Positions 38,560-51,402 of a DNA stretch of 64,000 bases are shown piece after piece. Position 1 is the first letter of the stretch. Every line of letters starts with the position of its first letter. The DNA comes from Malacoraja senta. Its lineage: Eukaryota. The notes under the pieces are model-generated. The model was given only the letters and a program-made list of their open reading frames with translations, had not been told where the DNA came from and made no database searches. The stretch lies in the NCBI GenBank assembly GCA_038087875.1, contig CM075993.1:558001-622000 (forward strand), given 5' to 3'. The position numbers and the translations under genes are program-made.

Positions 38560-39775
38560 GGAACCCTGGGTGACGAGTGATTTTGCAAGTTTAGTCAAAA
38601 AGAAAAAGAAAGCATATGCAAGGATGTACAGGAAGGAACTGCAGGTGCTGGTTTAAACCAAAGATCGACACAAAAAGCTGGAATAACTCAGCGGGTCAGA
38701 CAGCATCTCTGGAGAAAAGGAATAGGTGACGTTTCAGGGCGAGACCCTTCAGACCATGCAAGGATTAGTAAACTGAAATCGGACTGGGCCTTACAAAAAA
38801 AGTGGGAGGGAACTCAAACAGGGAATTAGGCCTAAACAGGTCGAGGAAATGTCCAAGGTGGGTACAATTAATGAGAATCCCAAAGTTTTTTACACCTACA
38901 TTAAAAACATGAGAAACTAGGGAGAAGGTAGGACCGCTGAAGGGTAAAGGGAGGAATTATAGCTGGAGGCAGAGGAAATGGGTGAGGTATAAAACATGTA
39001 CTTTGCTTCAGTATTCAGTAAGGAGAAGGACGTGGAAAACAGTGACATCAGGCACATGTAGACAATAAGGAACTGCAGGTGCTGGTTTATTAAAAACACA
39101 ATGCTAGAGTAACTCAGTGGATCAGGAATATGCTGATGTACTCTGACGTTGATATCAAGAAGCAGGAGGTGTTGGGTCACAAAGAGCATTAAGGTGGAGA
39201 AGTCCCATGGTCCTGGTGGTATTTATCTCAGGTTATTGAGGGAGGTTAGCCTTGCCAGAGATCTTTACATTAGCCACAGGCAAGATCCCAGAGGATGAAG
39301 GATGGCAGTGTTGTTCCTCTGTTTAAGGAGGACTGTAGGCTGGTGAGCCTTGCATCAGTGGAAGAGAGATTATTGGAGAAAGTTTGAAGGGGTAGGATGC
39401 ACTCATATTTGGAAAAGAATAGACATCAGGGATAGTCAGCATGGCGTTGTGTGTGGTTAGTCAAGTCTTACAAATTTACTTGGGTTTTTTGAGGAGGTGA
39501 CAAAGATGATTGATGAGGGTAGGGGAGTGGATGTTGTATAATCAGACTTTCGTGAAGTTTCGCCAAACTTCCTCGTGGTATGCTGATCCAGAAGATAAAA
39601 CACATGGGATCCATGGAATTTTGTAGATTGGATTCAAAGTAGGTCTGTCCATGGTAGACAGAGCAATGGTGGAGAGGTGTTACTCTGACTGGAGGCCTGT
39701 GACCAGCAGTATTCTGCAAGGATCAGTGATGGGACATTTTATGTTTCTGATATTAAATGATTTGGACACTGGGAT
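38560..39775 (+). mobile_element. Old CR1-like LINE RT-region fragment, interrupted by Penelope pLTR fragments
   Basis: Degenerate CR1 ORF2 motifs (ENPK.FY.YI, YFASVF.KE, SQHG, VDVVY.DF, WRPVTS...QGSV.G); many stops and indels. Confidence 0.75.
38626..38755 (-). mobile_element. Penelope pLTR fragment with tail
   Basis: Perfect 10-bp TSD atgcaaggat at 38616-38625 and 38756-38765. Confidence 0.82.
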
Positions 39776-40719
39776 GTCTTCATTGGTTTTAGTTGGGGAG
39801 TATTGTCAATGCAAAGTAAAGGGAGTGCTAATATTGTGCTATAACAGCTGATTGAGGTCAACTCTCCAAGTTCTCCACTAGTATCTGTCACTATGATAAA
39901 TGGAAACATAAAACCAAGGTACATATTAGAATAGCAGCAGATCTCCTCTCTCCTCCACTTTGTTTCTCAACAACTGCCTGCATCATTTCTACAACATGGG
40001 CAAGTACAAACAGGAGGAGGCCACTTTGTTGTGATTGCTGATTGGTGCCACCGCATTGTTGCATTTTCTCATATCTCTTAACAACTTTGGTTAACAACAA
40101 TCCATCAGTCTCAGATACAAATCTACTAGTTGTCCTAGCATTAATTACTGATGGATAGTGAGTGCTAGACATGCCACCCTGAGTGTGGGATATTTCCTTT
40201 CCATACTCCTGCAAGAGCTGACTCGGTTCCGATTTTGCTGCCTGGTTCTAAACTCCCCAGTCATAGAAATAGATCATCTTTCCTCTTAATAAATTTAAAA
40301 TGTCAATGAAACCACTTTGTGACCTTCAATGTATGAGTCCAGATTGTATAATCACTACTTGAAACTCCCTCTCACAGCCTTTCACAGTTGTATTATCACT
40401 TGGTTTGTTCCTTTCCAGCTTCCCATCGTCTGCCCTGCATTCCGTCATGTCCAAAACCTAGCCCTAGCTCACTTTTGGATCTGTTTTCGCTCTGTTCTCC
40501 CTGTGTATTAATGTGAAGTTCTTCAGATTGTTTCCAATGCACTGCCCCTCCAACAGTGTGGTGTTCCCTCCTACTTTGCCCTTCAATAGTGCAACACTTT
40601 CTCAGCACTGACCCTTCACTAGCACAGAACTCCCTCAACATTTCCCTTCTGATAAGATGGTGCTCCCTGTTCACTGGGCCCCTGATAATGTGACATTTCT
40701 ATTGTATTGCTAGTACAAT

Positions 40720-41115
40720 GTGAGTGTTGTTAAGCTGGAAAGAGTGCAAAGACAATTTACAAGAACTTTGCCAGGACTATAGGATGAGACTGGGCAGGTG
40801 TATAAGATCACAAGGGGAATAGACAGGTTAGATGCACAGTATTTTATCCAGGGGAATCAACAATCAGTGGACATAGGTTTAAGGTGAGAGGGGAAAGATT
40901 TAATAGGAACCCGAAAGGCAACTTTTTCACACAGATGGCGGTGGGTGTATGGAACAAGCTGCCAGAGGAGGTAGTTGAGGCAAGTACTATAACAACATTG
41001 AACACATTTGGACAGGAAAGGTTTAGAGGAATATAGGCCAAATGTGACTAGTGTAAATGAAACCGTGGTCGGCATGGCAAATTGGGCCGAAGCGCTGATT
41101 CTGAACGCTATGACT
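40720..41115 (+). mobile_element. CR1-like LINE 3' end fragment
   Basis: aagctggaaagagtgcaaagacaatttacaag...ggacataggtttaaggtgagaggggaaagatttaatagg...gggccgaag...ctatgact. Confidence 0.8.
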
Positions 41116-42151
41116 AATGCACCTCAGATTATGTCTCAACTGATGTGGAAAGTATGCATTTAAATTTTATATTTAGAATTAACATATTTTTGGTACAAAT
41201 AACTACATTAAAATAGAACATATACCAGCATGGGATAGAAAATGCAGATTAAAAATCTCCATAGGGGTGTTAATTAGGCCCAAAGTCAGTATTAGGGATG
41301 TGCAGGTTGGTTATATCAAGGAAGATGAAGTTTCAGAACTGGTAGCTCAAGCCACAACTGTCAGTGCTGGAGCAATGTGATGGGGATGGTCTGTAGGACC
41401 TCATCTTATGGAGAGTTTGAGTGAAGACAACAGTTGGGGATTGTTTTGATGTTGCGGGGATTGAAGAGATTCAGTAGGGAATGAGATGCATATTTTTGGA
41501 GAGACGTTGAGCTTTGGGAGACAGAGCCAAGGTTTGAGAAGGTGGAGTGGTTGAAGATCAGTCTGTTGAGTGAGAGGATTCATGACTCGTTCAGAAGGAG
41601 AACATTCTCCCTGAGGAAAGTTACCATACCAACCAATATTGGAACTATGAATTGAAGTCTCAAGGGCAGCGGTTTTGTAGGAAAATATTCAAGAGCAGGA
41701 GCCTCATTTGGAGAATGATTGGAACAGCAAAGACAGTTTCATGGATGAGAATCCCTCACTGACTTTGTTTGGGATATCAGGGGAACAGAGAACAAGCCAA
41801 ATCCTCGACTCTGATGGGTGGTTGTCAGTGATTCTCATCTCCATACATCCGAGCTGCAGTTTCTGCCAAGTGACGTCCCCTGTGCACCTTCTCATGACCG
41901 CTGTTTCACAGTTGCATAGTGTGTAGGGTGGCAGGGATGGAGGTGAGCTGATCAAGGTCAGCGTTGGTGGTGTTATCCAGATAAGCTGCAGTGAAGTCAC
42001 TGGTGGACTTGTGTTCATGGTAAATGATTCCTGTTGGCTCTTCCCGCAGTCTCTACGTTAGGAGTGGGAGCAGAGAGAAGAGTGCGGCGGTCATCGCACT
42101 GACAACTGCCTTGTCAGTACAGTAGGTCAGCTGAAAGTAACCCCTGTGTGG

Positions 42152-42357
42152 NNNNNNNNNNNNNNNNNNNNNNNNNNNNNNNNNNNNNNNNNNNNNNNNN
42201 NNNNNNNNNNNNNNNNNNNNNNNNNNNNNNNNNNNNNNNNNNNNNNNNNNNNNNNNNNNNNNNNNNNNNNNNNNNNNNNNNNNNNNNNNNNNNNNNNNNN
42301 NNNNNNNNNNNNNNNNNNNNNNNNNNNNNNNNNNNNNNNNNNNNNNNNNNNNNNNNN
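42152..42357. other. Assembly gap (206 N)
   Basis: Run of N characters. Confidence 1.
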
Positions 42358-45159
42358 AAATAAGCAAGTAAGCACTTATTTGATGTTTTCCAGCTCAGAA
42401 ATTTGACTCCTGCTCAGTTAGTTAAAAATAACTAACCTAGATCAAGAGAATGAGGGCACAGTCAGTGGCCTGCATTCACCCACACCAGCAGGAAGAGTTT
42501 TTCCCTGTCTCTCTGCAACTGCTTCCAGCCCATTCAGTAATTTGACATGCTAAATAAACCTGTTATTGATTAACTCCCACGCAAATGGCTTCCAGGCTCT
42601 CCTTCATTCTTGGAGCTAATATCTCCCGGCCTGCTTTGCATGTGGTGAGTGCGGCAGTCTGTCGCTGTGTGGGACTCGATCATTCCGTCGTTTATTTGTC
42701 CCTTTCTATCGCGCAGTTAATACACAAATCACACCGGTTATTGTGAAAGGCCACCTCACATGCAGGGCCATTCCTGCAGCAGCTGTCTGCCTGCTAGCCA
42801 GTGTATTTTATAAATAATGCTATAAAATTGTATTCTGCACTCTGGCATTTCACACTTTGCAGTACCTGTGTATGGCTTAATTGTATGATTACACGGGATA
42901 GCACACAAAGTCTTTTGGGACACGTGACAAAATGAATCGATACAATAAATTATAAAGTGGGAAAATGCAGCATTGCCCGTGACGCCGGGACATTCCTGCC
43001 CACGGCCGCTCACAGTAGAGGAGCTCTCAGATTGACACTGACTACCCGGTGTCCACGTATCAGACCTACAGTGAACCCCTCCGAGGTTTGTGTAAGGAGC
43101 GCACCACACATCAATTAATTTCCCCCCCACCCTTCAGGCACTTCCTGTCCTTTCTGTGGAAGAGTTTGCAGTCCCTACACTGGCCTCATCGGTTTCCTTA
43201 GAACCTACAAACCAGAAGCAGAAGTAAGCCTTTCTCAAATTCCAGGGACTGTATCTAAGAAGAAGGTTGTGTTGTTATCGGTGACTGCGTCGAATCCTGG
43301 CACATTTCTCCCAACTAGAGTGGGTTTGTCAGCAGATTAACCTCTCTCTCAAGGGGAAGTCAAAGCCCTCCCTCCGTTCCTGTTCACACCCTCGTTGGAG
43401 ATTTCTGATTGTTACTTTCTGCACAAGTTCGGCCCTGGTGGCAGCCTGTTTACAGCTTTCCAATGGGCTCCAAATGAGTGGCAAGTCAAACCAAGTGTCA
43501 AATTAGTGAAGATAAGAGGGAAATAATCTGAACAGCTCAAGGAGTGAGGATGAGAGGTTGTATGCCGTTCACAATGCTGCAGACAAACGCTTATTAAGTA
43601 GTGTGAACATTAATTATTTGCCATTGTCTCCTAGGATATCTTGCTATAAAACAGTTGCCCAGTTATAATGAGAATACAACTCCATGCCAGAAATCTCCAA
43701 AGCCAGCACTAAATAAATGTACTGACCCACACTATTAGAAAACTAACAATGAAGTCCATATTTACTATCAAAAGTACTGACAAATCAATCAAATAATTAT
43801 CACCTCTTAAACTAGTCAATTTTGTATTCTTCTAACAAAGTCCTTTTCTTCTCTTTCTTCGTGACACTCGATTCTGATAAAGGATTGTACTCTGTTCAAA
43901 CAATCAAAACTCTTTTAACAACCCTGTGACATTCCTGGAGTGAATGTAAGTAAAGACTTGCTGTTTGATTGATGATCCTCACACTCCTCCCTCACAACGC
44001 TTCTCATCCTGGCTCTTTTATTGATTCTGCCTTGCTCAATGCTTTCCACTCTGGCTCCTCAAGTTCTTCACATTCTGTGTCTGTCACAAGCTGGGGTCAT
44101 TATTAGACCATTTCTCCCCCCCCCCTGGAACATGAGGCAGGGATGATGTGAGGAGAAGTTTGTCCCGCAGCACTGTGTAAAATGTTTTGAAGTTTGCAGG
44201 AGATGCATATTCATGAAGCTACAACATCGAGGTGATTTATACACAATTTCTGCACTGGCTCCTACGTGAGATTGAAGACATTCTTGCCCGTGTGTGCCTG
44301 TGTGTGCATTTGTATGTGTGCACATGTGTATTTGTCCATGTGCATGTGTGCGTTTTGGGACAATGTTCGCAATGGGACAGAGTTGAATCAAACTCAGTGG
44401 GTCAGGCCCCATCTGTAGCGAACATGGATAGGGGATGTTTATGGAAGGATCACCTATCTATGCTTCCCGACTTGAAACATCACCTATCTATGTTCTTCAG
44501 AGATGTTGCCTGCCCGCTGAGTTATTCCAGCACTGTGTATTTGTTTAGTTTCAGAATCAGGCTGTCATTGGACAAGTTGGGCTGAAGGTCTATTTCTGTG
44601 CTGTATGACTGAATTATATATAAAGTATCTCTAAAGTGCTTTGAAGTGTCCTAAGGTGGTGCAAAGTACTGTTAAATGAGAGCTTATTTACTTTGTGTCA
44701 TAGTCTCTTTCTCAAGGATTCCCCTGTGATTACTTCTCCCATTCAGACCGTACAAGGCAACTGTTTTTTCAAAATAGGATTTGCCAATATGCACCATGCA
44801 ATATCCTGCTCCACCTGTTTAATGATATAACCTCATGACATTTCTATTTTTAGTATTATTTTACAGTTTTTAGTTACAGTGCCCTCACTTATCTTCATTC
44901 TGTTGTGCTGCAGCAAGTATGAATTTAATTGTCCTATCTGGAACACATGACAATAAACCATTCTTGACTCTTGATAATACAACTGCTGAAGGTAGTAGCA
45001 TAATGAATTCTGAAGTGTTTAGACACATCCTATCTGCTCAAGTTCAATCAAATGCCTCAAAACTCACCCGATCTGAACCCATGCCTTTTACATGCTGAAG
45101 AGAAAACTGAAGGGTACTAGCCCCCAAAACAAGCATAAGCTAAAGATGGCTGCACTACA

Positions 45160-45511
45160 GGCCTGGCAGAGCATCACCGGAGAAGACAACTGGTGATGTT
45201 CATGAATCGCAGACTTCAAGCAGTCATTGCATGCAAAGGATATGCAACAAAATACTAAACATGACTACTTTCATTTACATGACATTGCTTTGTCCCAAAC
45301 ATAATGATGCCCAGAAATGGGGGGACTGTATCAACATTGCTGTAATTTCTACATGCTGAAACCAAAATGTATAAAACTGGCCTTTATTAAAATCTGGCAA
45401 TGTGTACTTTAACCACATGTGATGTTTTTCTATTACAAATCTCAAATTATGGAGTACAGAGGCAAATAAATATATGATGGGTCATTGTCCCAAACATTAT
45501 GGAGGGCACTG
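45160..45511 (+). mobile_element. Tc1/mariner (IR/DR-type) transposon right-end remnant
   Basis: Transposase C-terminus LVMFMNRRLQAVIACKGYATKY*. The direct repeat ttgtcccaaacat occurs at both ends of the long TIR (~45290 and ~45486). Terminus ...ggagggCACTG|TA. Confidence 0.85.
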
Positions 45512-45789
45512 TATCTGTGTAGTTATTGAGGTGAGTGAGTGACATGGAAGGAAGTTGGAGATTTTGATGCCTGTATTGCTACGTGTGTAAGTGTGTGAGT
45601 GTGTGTGAGCAGCAGGACAAATCAACCAGATACTCCCTTCTCCCAGGGCAATATTCCTAGCATTGATATAGTTTATTATTGTCACGTGTACCGAGGTACA
45701 GTGAAAAGCCTCAATTAATTCATTTGATTCCGATGGGCAGGGCATATTGTTTACATGGAAGACACTCATCTTCCTGAACATTCCCGTGC

Positions 45790-46215
45790 TTTCTCCAATT
45801 TTAGATCGCTAACCTCACTGCCCTCCCCCACCCTAAATTCTCCCCTTTGTGCCCCACCTGCACTCGCACCCATTTCTCCCCTTCCACATACATTTATTTC
45901 GCTGACCACAATTCATAACTCTTTTATCCTGATCTCCAACATTTTGTCTTTTCATCTTTGGCCTTTGTCCAACCATTGCCTGTCATATAAAAACATCACC
46001 TGTATCCATCTATCACTCGCCTGGCTTTATCCTGCCCCTCCTCTCTCCAACCTTTCTCTCTCACCCCCCCCCCCCCCTACCACCACCACAGTCAGCCTGA
46101 AGATGAGTCTCCGGTCCAAAACGTCACCTATCCAGAGATGCTGCGTGACCCACTGAGTTACTTCAGCACTTTGTCTTTTTTTGTAAACTGGCATCTGCAG
46201 TTCCCTGTTTCTTCA
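45790..46215 (+). mobile_element. Penelope pLTR / 3' UTR fragment with degenerate hammerhead core and tail
   Basis: cctgaagatgagtctccggtccaaaacgtcacctatcc...gcatctgcagttccctgtttc. Confidence 0.7.
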
Positions 46216-47346
46216 TAGAACATAGAACGGTGCAGCACAGGAACAGGCCCTTTGGCCCACAATGTCTGTGCTGTACATGAAGCCAGGTTAAACTAATCTG
46301 CCTGTACCTGCTTTATATCCCTCCATTCCCTGTATATCCATAGGCCATTCCTCTTTATTTCAATATCTTAACAAGAAAAAAAAATGTCAGTCTCCACTTT
46401 GCAATTTCAATGATCCTTTATTGAACGGCTTGATTGGAATCATGTGTAGTCTTTTCTTTGATTGGATAGCAAAAGCTTTTCACTGTACATCGATGCCCAT
46501 AACAATAATCCTCCCCACCCCCCGGACACTCCTCGCACCAGGATTTATTAGATCTATTTATTTACTGCTCATATTTATGTCGCTCTTCTAGGGAGATGCT
46601 AACTGCATTTCGTTGTCTCTGTACTGTACACTGCACAATGACAATAAAGTTGAATCTGAATCTGAATAATAAACTAAACTCAGCCCCAATCTAGCCTGTG
46701 CTCAGATGACATTGGGGGCGACATGAGGCTGCTACACTGTGGGGCATTGCTGATTGAAGCACTCCCAGCATTGCTGCTGCTTCATGCCACTTCAATGAGA
46801 AGCAGTTTGAGGCTGCGATGGGAGTCATCAATTACCTGCCGGCTGTGACTCAGAAGAGAGGAATATTGCTCGCACAAGGGCAGCCGGTCTCTGCGGGATT
46901 CACCCACAGCTCATGTCTCCAAGAGATGAACAGAAAACGATTGAACAAATTGCAGGGCAAAATACTCCTGCTTCACAGGGAATATAAGGGTTGATAATAG
47001 TACAAAAGTAATGTATTAATTAATCCTTTACCACAATCAAGTATCTCAGGTCCTTCATAGAGTTCTATCGAGCAAATTGTGATGAAGAATCACACTAAGG
47101 TTTTGAGGAATGTTGTACAGAGGCGGGAGCAGCTGATGAGTTTGGGATTGAACTCCGGGTCGTGTGGAGATAGGGCAGCCGGTGGGATGGATGCAGGAGG
47201 CCTGGACATTGTGGGGCTGTTGGGGACACACAGACACACTTGGGGAGTAGTTAGGCAGCCATGGGTTTCAAAAACAAAGTTGATGTAACTAGACTGGAGA
47301 AACTCTACTGATCAGCAGCTAACAGTTACTAAATATATTTGTTTCT

Positions 47347-47436
47347 GTGCAGGAAGGAACTGCAGATGCTGGTTTACACTGAAGATAGACTCAAAATGAT
47401 GGAGTACTTCACTGAGTTACTTCAGCTTTTTGTGCC
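47347..47436. mobile_element. Very short fold-back Penelope pLTR derivative
   Basis: Tail plus opposed short arms; flanked by the near-duplicate tatat(t/c)tgtttct. Confidence 0.7.
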
Positions 47437-48394
47437 TATATCTGTTTCTGTGCTTTCTTTAAAGAGTTGAACCATTACACTCCGATGGACTTGGGAAAGG
47501 TGGCTGTGAATTGCAGCCACTCTTTATAAAGGGGATCAGAAAGTCTGAGCAGCTTGTCCTTCACACACCGCTGGCTCTGCAGGAGATGCTGATGGGGGAA
47601 GTGTTTAACATGTGGAGCCCCTGTCCGTGGCCCCTGTCCACGTCCCCCTGTCCCCTGTCCTACGGTCCCCGTCCCCCCCATCCCCCAATCCCCCACCCCG
47701 TGTCCCCCCCGTCCCCTGTCCCTTACCCCCTAGCCCCTACCCCCAGGCACTTTGACAAGGGCCCAGAGACTGGTGTCATTGCCAAGGACACATGGATGTG
47801 GGAGCCACCGACTGGGGCACTCTCTTAGCTGACTTTTGTTGAGTTTGCAATGAGGAATTTCAGATTGTGGCAATTTCCAATCTGGAATGAAATGACTGTC
47901 TGAGAGGGCAGTAAAACAAGATTCCTTGAATTCTTGTAAAATATAATTGGAAACATTCAAAGGAGACAATTGCAACCCTGCAGGAAGGAGTGGGAGAGTG
48001 GGACTAACAGGAGTGCCGACCGACACTGGGCCCAGAGACGAATGTTGTCCTGCCTACAGTTTGATTTATGTTGTGTTTGTAGTAATTGAACATCAGAGTG
48101 ATGCATCTCGGAAGGCGATTCCTTCAATCTCCTTATAGACGGTGAAACAGATATTTTATTTTCAAACGTCAAGAGAATCAAGGTTGTGTTTCATTCTCCT
48201 GACGAAGGAGATGTCTTAAACATATGTTGCTCCCTCTCCCTACAGACCACAGTGTCGTTCAAGGGTGGGGAGAGGTGAATGTCTGATACAGAAGATTCAA
48301 GCTGCTGAGATTCTACGAGCTGCTTTTGGTGACCACTCTAATTGACACATTTTTCAGCTGTCTGTAACTGGGACAAGGTTTCTTTGATATTGGA

Positions 48395-48408
48395 GTTGCC
48401 ATGGAAAC
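48395..48408. promoter_or_regulatory. RFX X-box motif GTTGCCATGGAAAC
   Basis: Matches the RFX consensus, in non-repeat intronic sequence near TAAT/E-box motifs. Confidence 0.5.
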
Positions 48409-49558
48409 GACCTACTCAGTCACAGTGAACCATTGCTGAAAGGGGAATCTTATTTTTTAAATAATTAAGTAGTTGAATAGGTGCAACCTGAAGGTTGTGT
48501 GAATTCCTGGCATCGACGCTAATAGAGGTAGTTAAATGGGAAAGGATTTGATCGTGTCTGGCTCCAGGGTGGGGGTGGGGGGATACAGCAATGGGGTACG
48601 TCAGGTCTGCAGGAGAGAGATAGGAAGCACTGCACACAAAGGGACAGAAGGAATGTGCCGATGCCCGCATCCCCAGGACCTGCCTCCCCACTCCCCCCTC
48701 CATAAAGATTTACGCAGCACACCAGCCCAGTGTTCCACGATCCAGGACAGTCTCATCCTGCAATCTCATCCCGCACTGCTATTATATGCATTTATTTTGG
48801 AGTCTGCTGGAAGTGTGCAAATGCATCTTGTAGCTCGCACTCTACAGTGGCTTAGAGACACAAGACTGTAGAAGCTGCAATCTCGTGCAAACTAAGAAGA
48901 GGAGCCCAAGGAGCTCAGCAAGTCAGGCAGCTTCTCTGTGCAGAAGCAATATGGACAGATGAAGTTTCAGGCCAAGGCCCTGCATCTAGACTGGAAGGGT
49001 AGAGGGGAAGTAGCCAGTGTAAAGAGGGGGAGGGAGGGGGAGGGGTAGGGGGACGGGTGGCCAAGAGCTGGAAGTGATGGGTTGATGCAGGTGAGGATGA
49101 GTGTGTTGGCAGATGACGGTCAGATGGCGGAGGGGAGGGTGGAGATTGGCAGGTGAGAAGGGGAGAACAAAAGGCTGCAGGTTCTGGAATCAGATGGGAA
49201 AGGAAGCTGAAGAACGGAAATGAATGAGGAGTGGTAGTAAATGGGAAAGAAGGCGTGGGAAAGATGGGATGGGAGTCTGTGGGGGAGCGGTACTTTGCCA
49301 GCAGGTGAGTTGGAGCCATGTGAGGCTGCTCACTGCAGAGTCAGTGTGCTTTGTAACTAATGCTTATCCTCAGGTCCGTTTCCTTTTTTTCATTTATCCC
49401 TAGTTTGCTCCTGTTCACTGGGTGCTACTTTGATTAATGTTGAATTGTTTTTCCTCCAGTCCTCTGCCACTCTAATAAATGTGCCTTCCTCGTGCAGGCT
49501 GTGCAGTATAGTGATCGTGGAGACGGACAATGTGGGATCTGTACTAGTAGTGGCATGG

Positions 49559-49684
49559 GGTGTAGGAAGGAACTGCAGATGCTGGTTTAAACCGAAGATA
49601 GACACAAAATGCTGGAGTAACACAGCGGGTCAGGCAGCATCTGTGGAGAGGAGTGGGCGACATTTCAGGTCGACACCCTTCTTC
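49559..49684 (-). mobile_element. Penelope pLTR fragment with tail
   Basis: TSD agtgg(c/t)atgg at 49549-49558 and 49685-49694; minus-strand hammerhead-like core at ~49659-49686. Confidence 0.8.
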
Positions 49685-50092
49685 AGTGGTATGGTTTTTG
49701 ATTCTGGAGACCTGCGTCTCTGCCCCCTAGCCCGGCGAGTGCATGGAGCTGTACGGTGTGGGATTCAGATGAGTCAGTTTAGTAGCTGCCAGAATGGGGA
49801 GCAAAGCTTTCAGCAGGTTCTCAGACTTCCGCTGTACTGGGTCCAAGCCAAATCCTACTGGTAAATTTACTCGTGGGGATGGGTCTGAACTATTATTGCA
49901 GATAGACCTAAAATAGCCAGAGTGTGAACACATTGGCTACGGATGTGACAGTGTGGGATGGTGTGAAGCAACACCATCCTAGTTATGGGTTGCTGCTAAT
50001 CAGGACTTTAGGCTCATTGGAAAACATGGGCCAAGGCGCACGTTTGTTTAGCCAGTTTGTTTAATGATTGTAACTCCTATTATAAGGTCCTG

Positions 50093-50515
50093 TGATAGTA
50101 GAATTGGGCCATTCGGCCCATCAAGTCTACTCCACCATTCAATCATAGCTGATCTATCTCTCCCTCCTAACCCCTTATCCTGCCTTTCCCCTATAACCTC
50201 TACTAATCAAGAATCTTAAAAATATCCACTGACTTGGCCTCCACAGCCTTCTGTGGCAAAGAATTCCACAGATTCACCAACCTATGACTAAAGACATTTC
50301 TCCTCCTTCCTAAAAGAACACCCTTTAAATCTGAGGCTGTGACCTCTAGTCCTAGACTCTTCCAATATTGGAAACATCCTCTCCACATCCCCTCTATCCA
50401 AGCCTTTCGCTATTCTGGATGTTTCAATGAGGTCCTCCCTCATTCTTCTAAACTCCAGCGAGTACAGGCCCAGCGCCGACAAACGGCCATCATAGGTTAA
50501 CCTTCTCATTCCTGG
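50093..50515 (-). mobile_element. CR1/HER1-like LINE 3' fragment
   Basis: ORF remnant RLTYDGRLSALGLYSLEFRRMREDLIET...RTRGHSL, then VNLWNSLPQKAVEA. Confidence 0.9.
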
Positions 50516-50826
50516 ATTCTTCTAACTTCGTAAGCTTTAGAATCCAGTTCTCCTTTCATCTTATTGCTGCTTCCTGGTTGACTCATCTCTCCAGCTGTCC
50601 AATACCGTGAATTCCCAGAAATAGATGCTGCGTTTTCAGGTTTCTGCCACAGAGACAGACCACAAAATGAGGAAGGTGTTCAAGGCTTGATACTTCTGGC
50701 AATAGTGTTGAGATGTTATCGTGCTTGCATCACTGACTGAGCTGTCATAACCCAGAGGAGAGCATTTGTCATCGCAAACTACAAAGTGTTTTGTTTATGT
50801 TTATGTCCTCTCCAGGCCCCATAGTC

Positions 50827-50897
50827 CAGGGGCGGAAAACCCGGGGGGGCCAGGGGGGACCCCCCCCCCCATGTTTTGATAGCGAATTCCGCTCTTG
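50827..50897. mobile_element. 71-bp hAT-type micro-MITE
   Basis: Perfect 8-bp TSD ccatagtc at 50819-50826 and 50898-50905; imperfect 11-bp TIRs caggggcggaa / ttccgctcttg. Confidence 0.75.
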
Positions 50898-50924
50898 CCA
50901 TAGTCCATCTTAAGCCACTGAACA

Positions 50925-51392
50925 AGTCTTTGGTGAGACACTGTGCAGTTCAAGTCACCCAGCGATAGGAAGGATGCCATTAAACTGGAAAGGATGCAGA
51001 AAAGATTCACAAGGATGTAACTGGGACTGGAGGGTTTGAGCTAAAAGAGAGACTGGACAGGATGGAATGTTTTTTCATGGAGCGAAAAAAGCTGAGGGGT
51101 AAACTTATAATAATGATGAGGGATGTAGTTGGAAGATGTTCACAGTCCTTTTCCCAGGGTAGTGAAGTGTAAAGGGAGAGGGTGGTGGTGGAGATATGGA
51201 ACGAGCCGGATGAAGCTAGAGAAGCAGGTACGATATAATGTTGGAAAGACATTTGGAAAATAGGTGAATAGAAATGGTTTAGAGGGATATGAGCCAAATA
51301 CGGGCAAAAGGGACCCGCTTGTATAGATATCTTGGTCGAGGTGGATGAGTTGATCTGAAGGGTCTGTTGCCATCTTCTATGCTTCTATGACT
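50925..51392 (+). mobile_element. CR1-like LINE 3' fragment
   Basis: aggaaggatgccattaaactggaaaggatgcagaaaagattcacaaggatg...gaagggtctgtt...ttctatgact. Confidence 0.75.
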
Positions 51393-51402
51393 GCAGCATC
51401 AA

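Noticed and set aside
42053-42406. ORFs containing runs of X
   Set aside because: Artefacts of translating the N gap.
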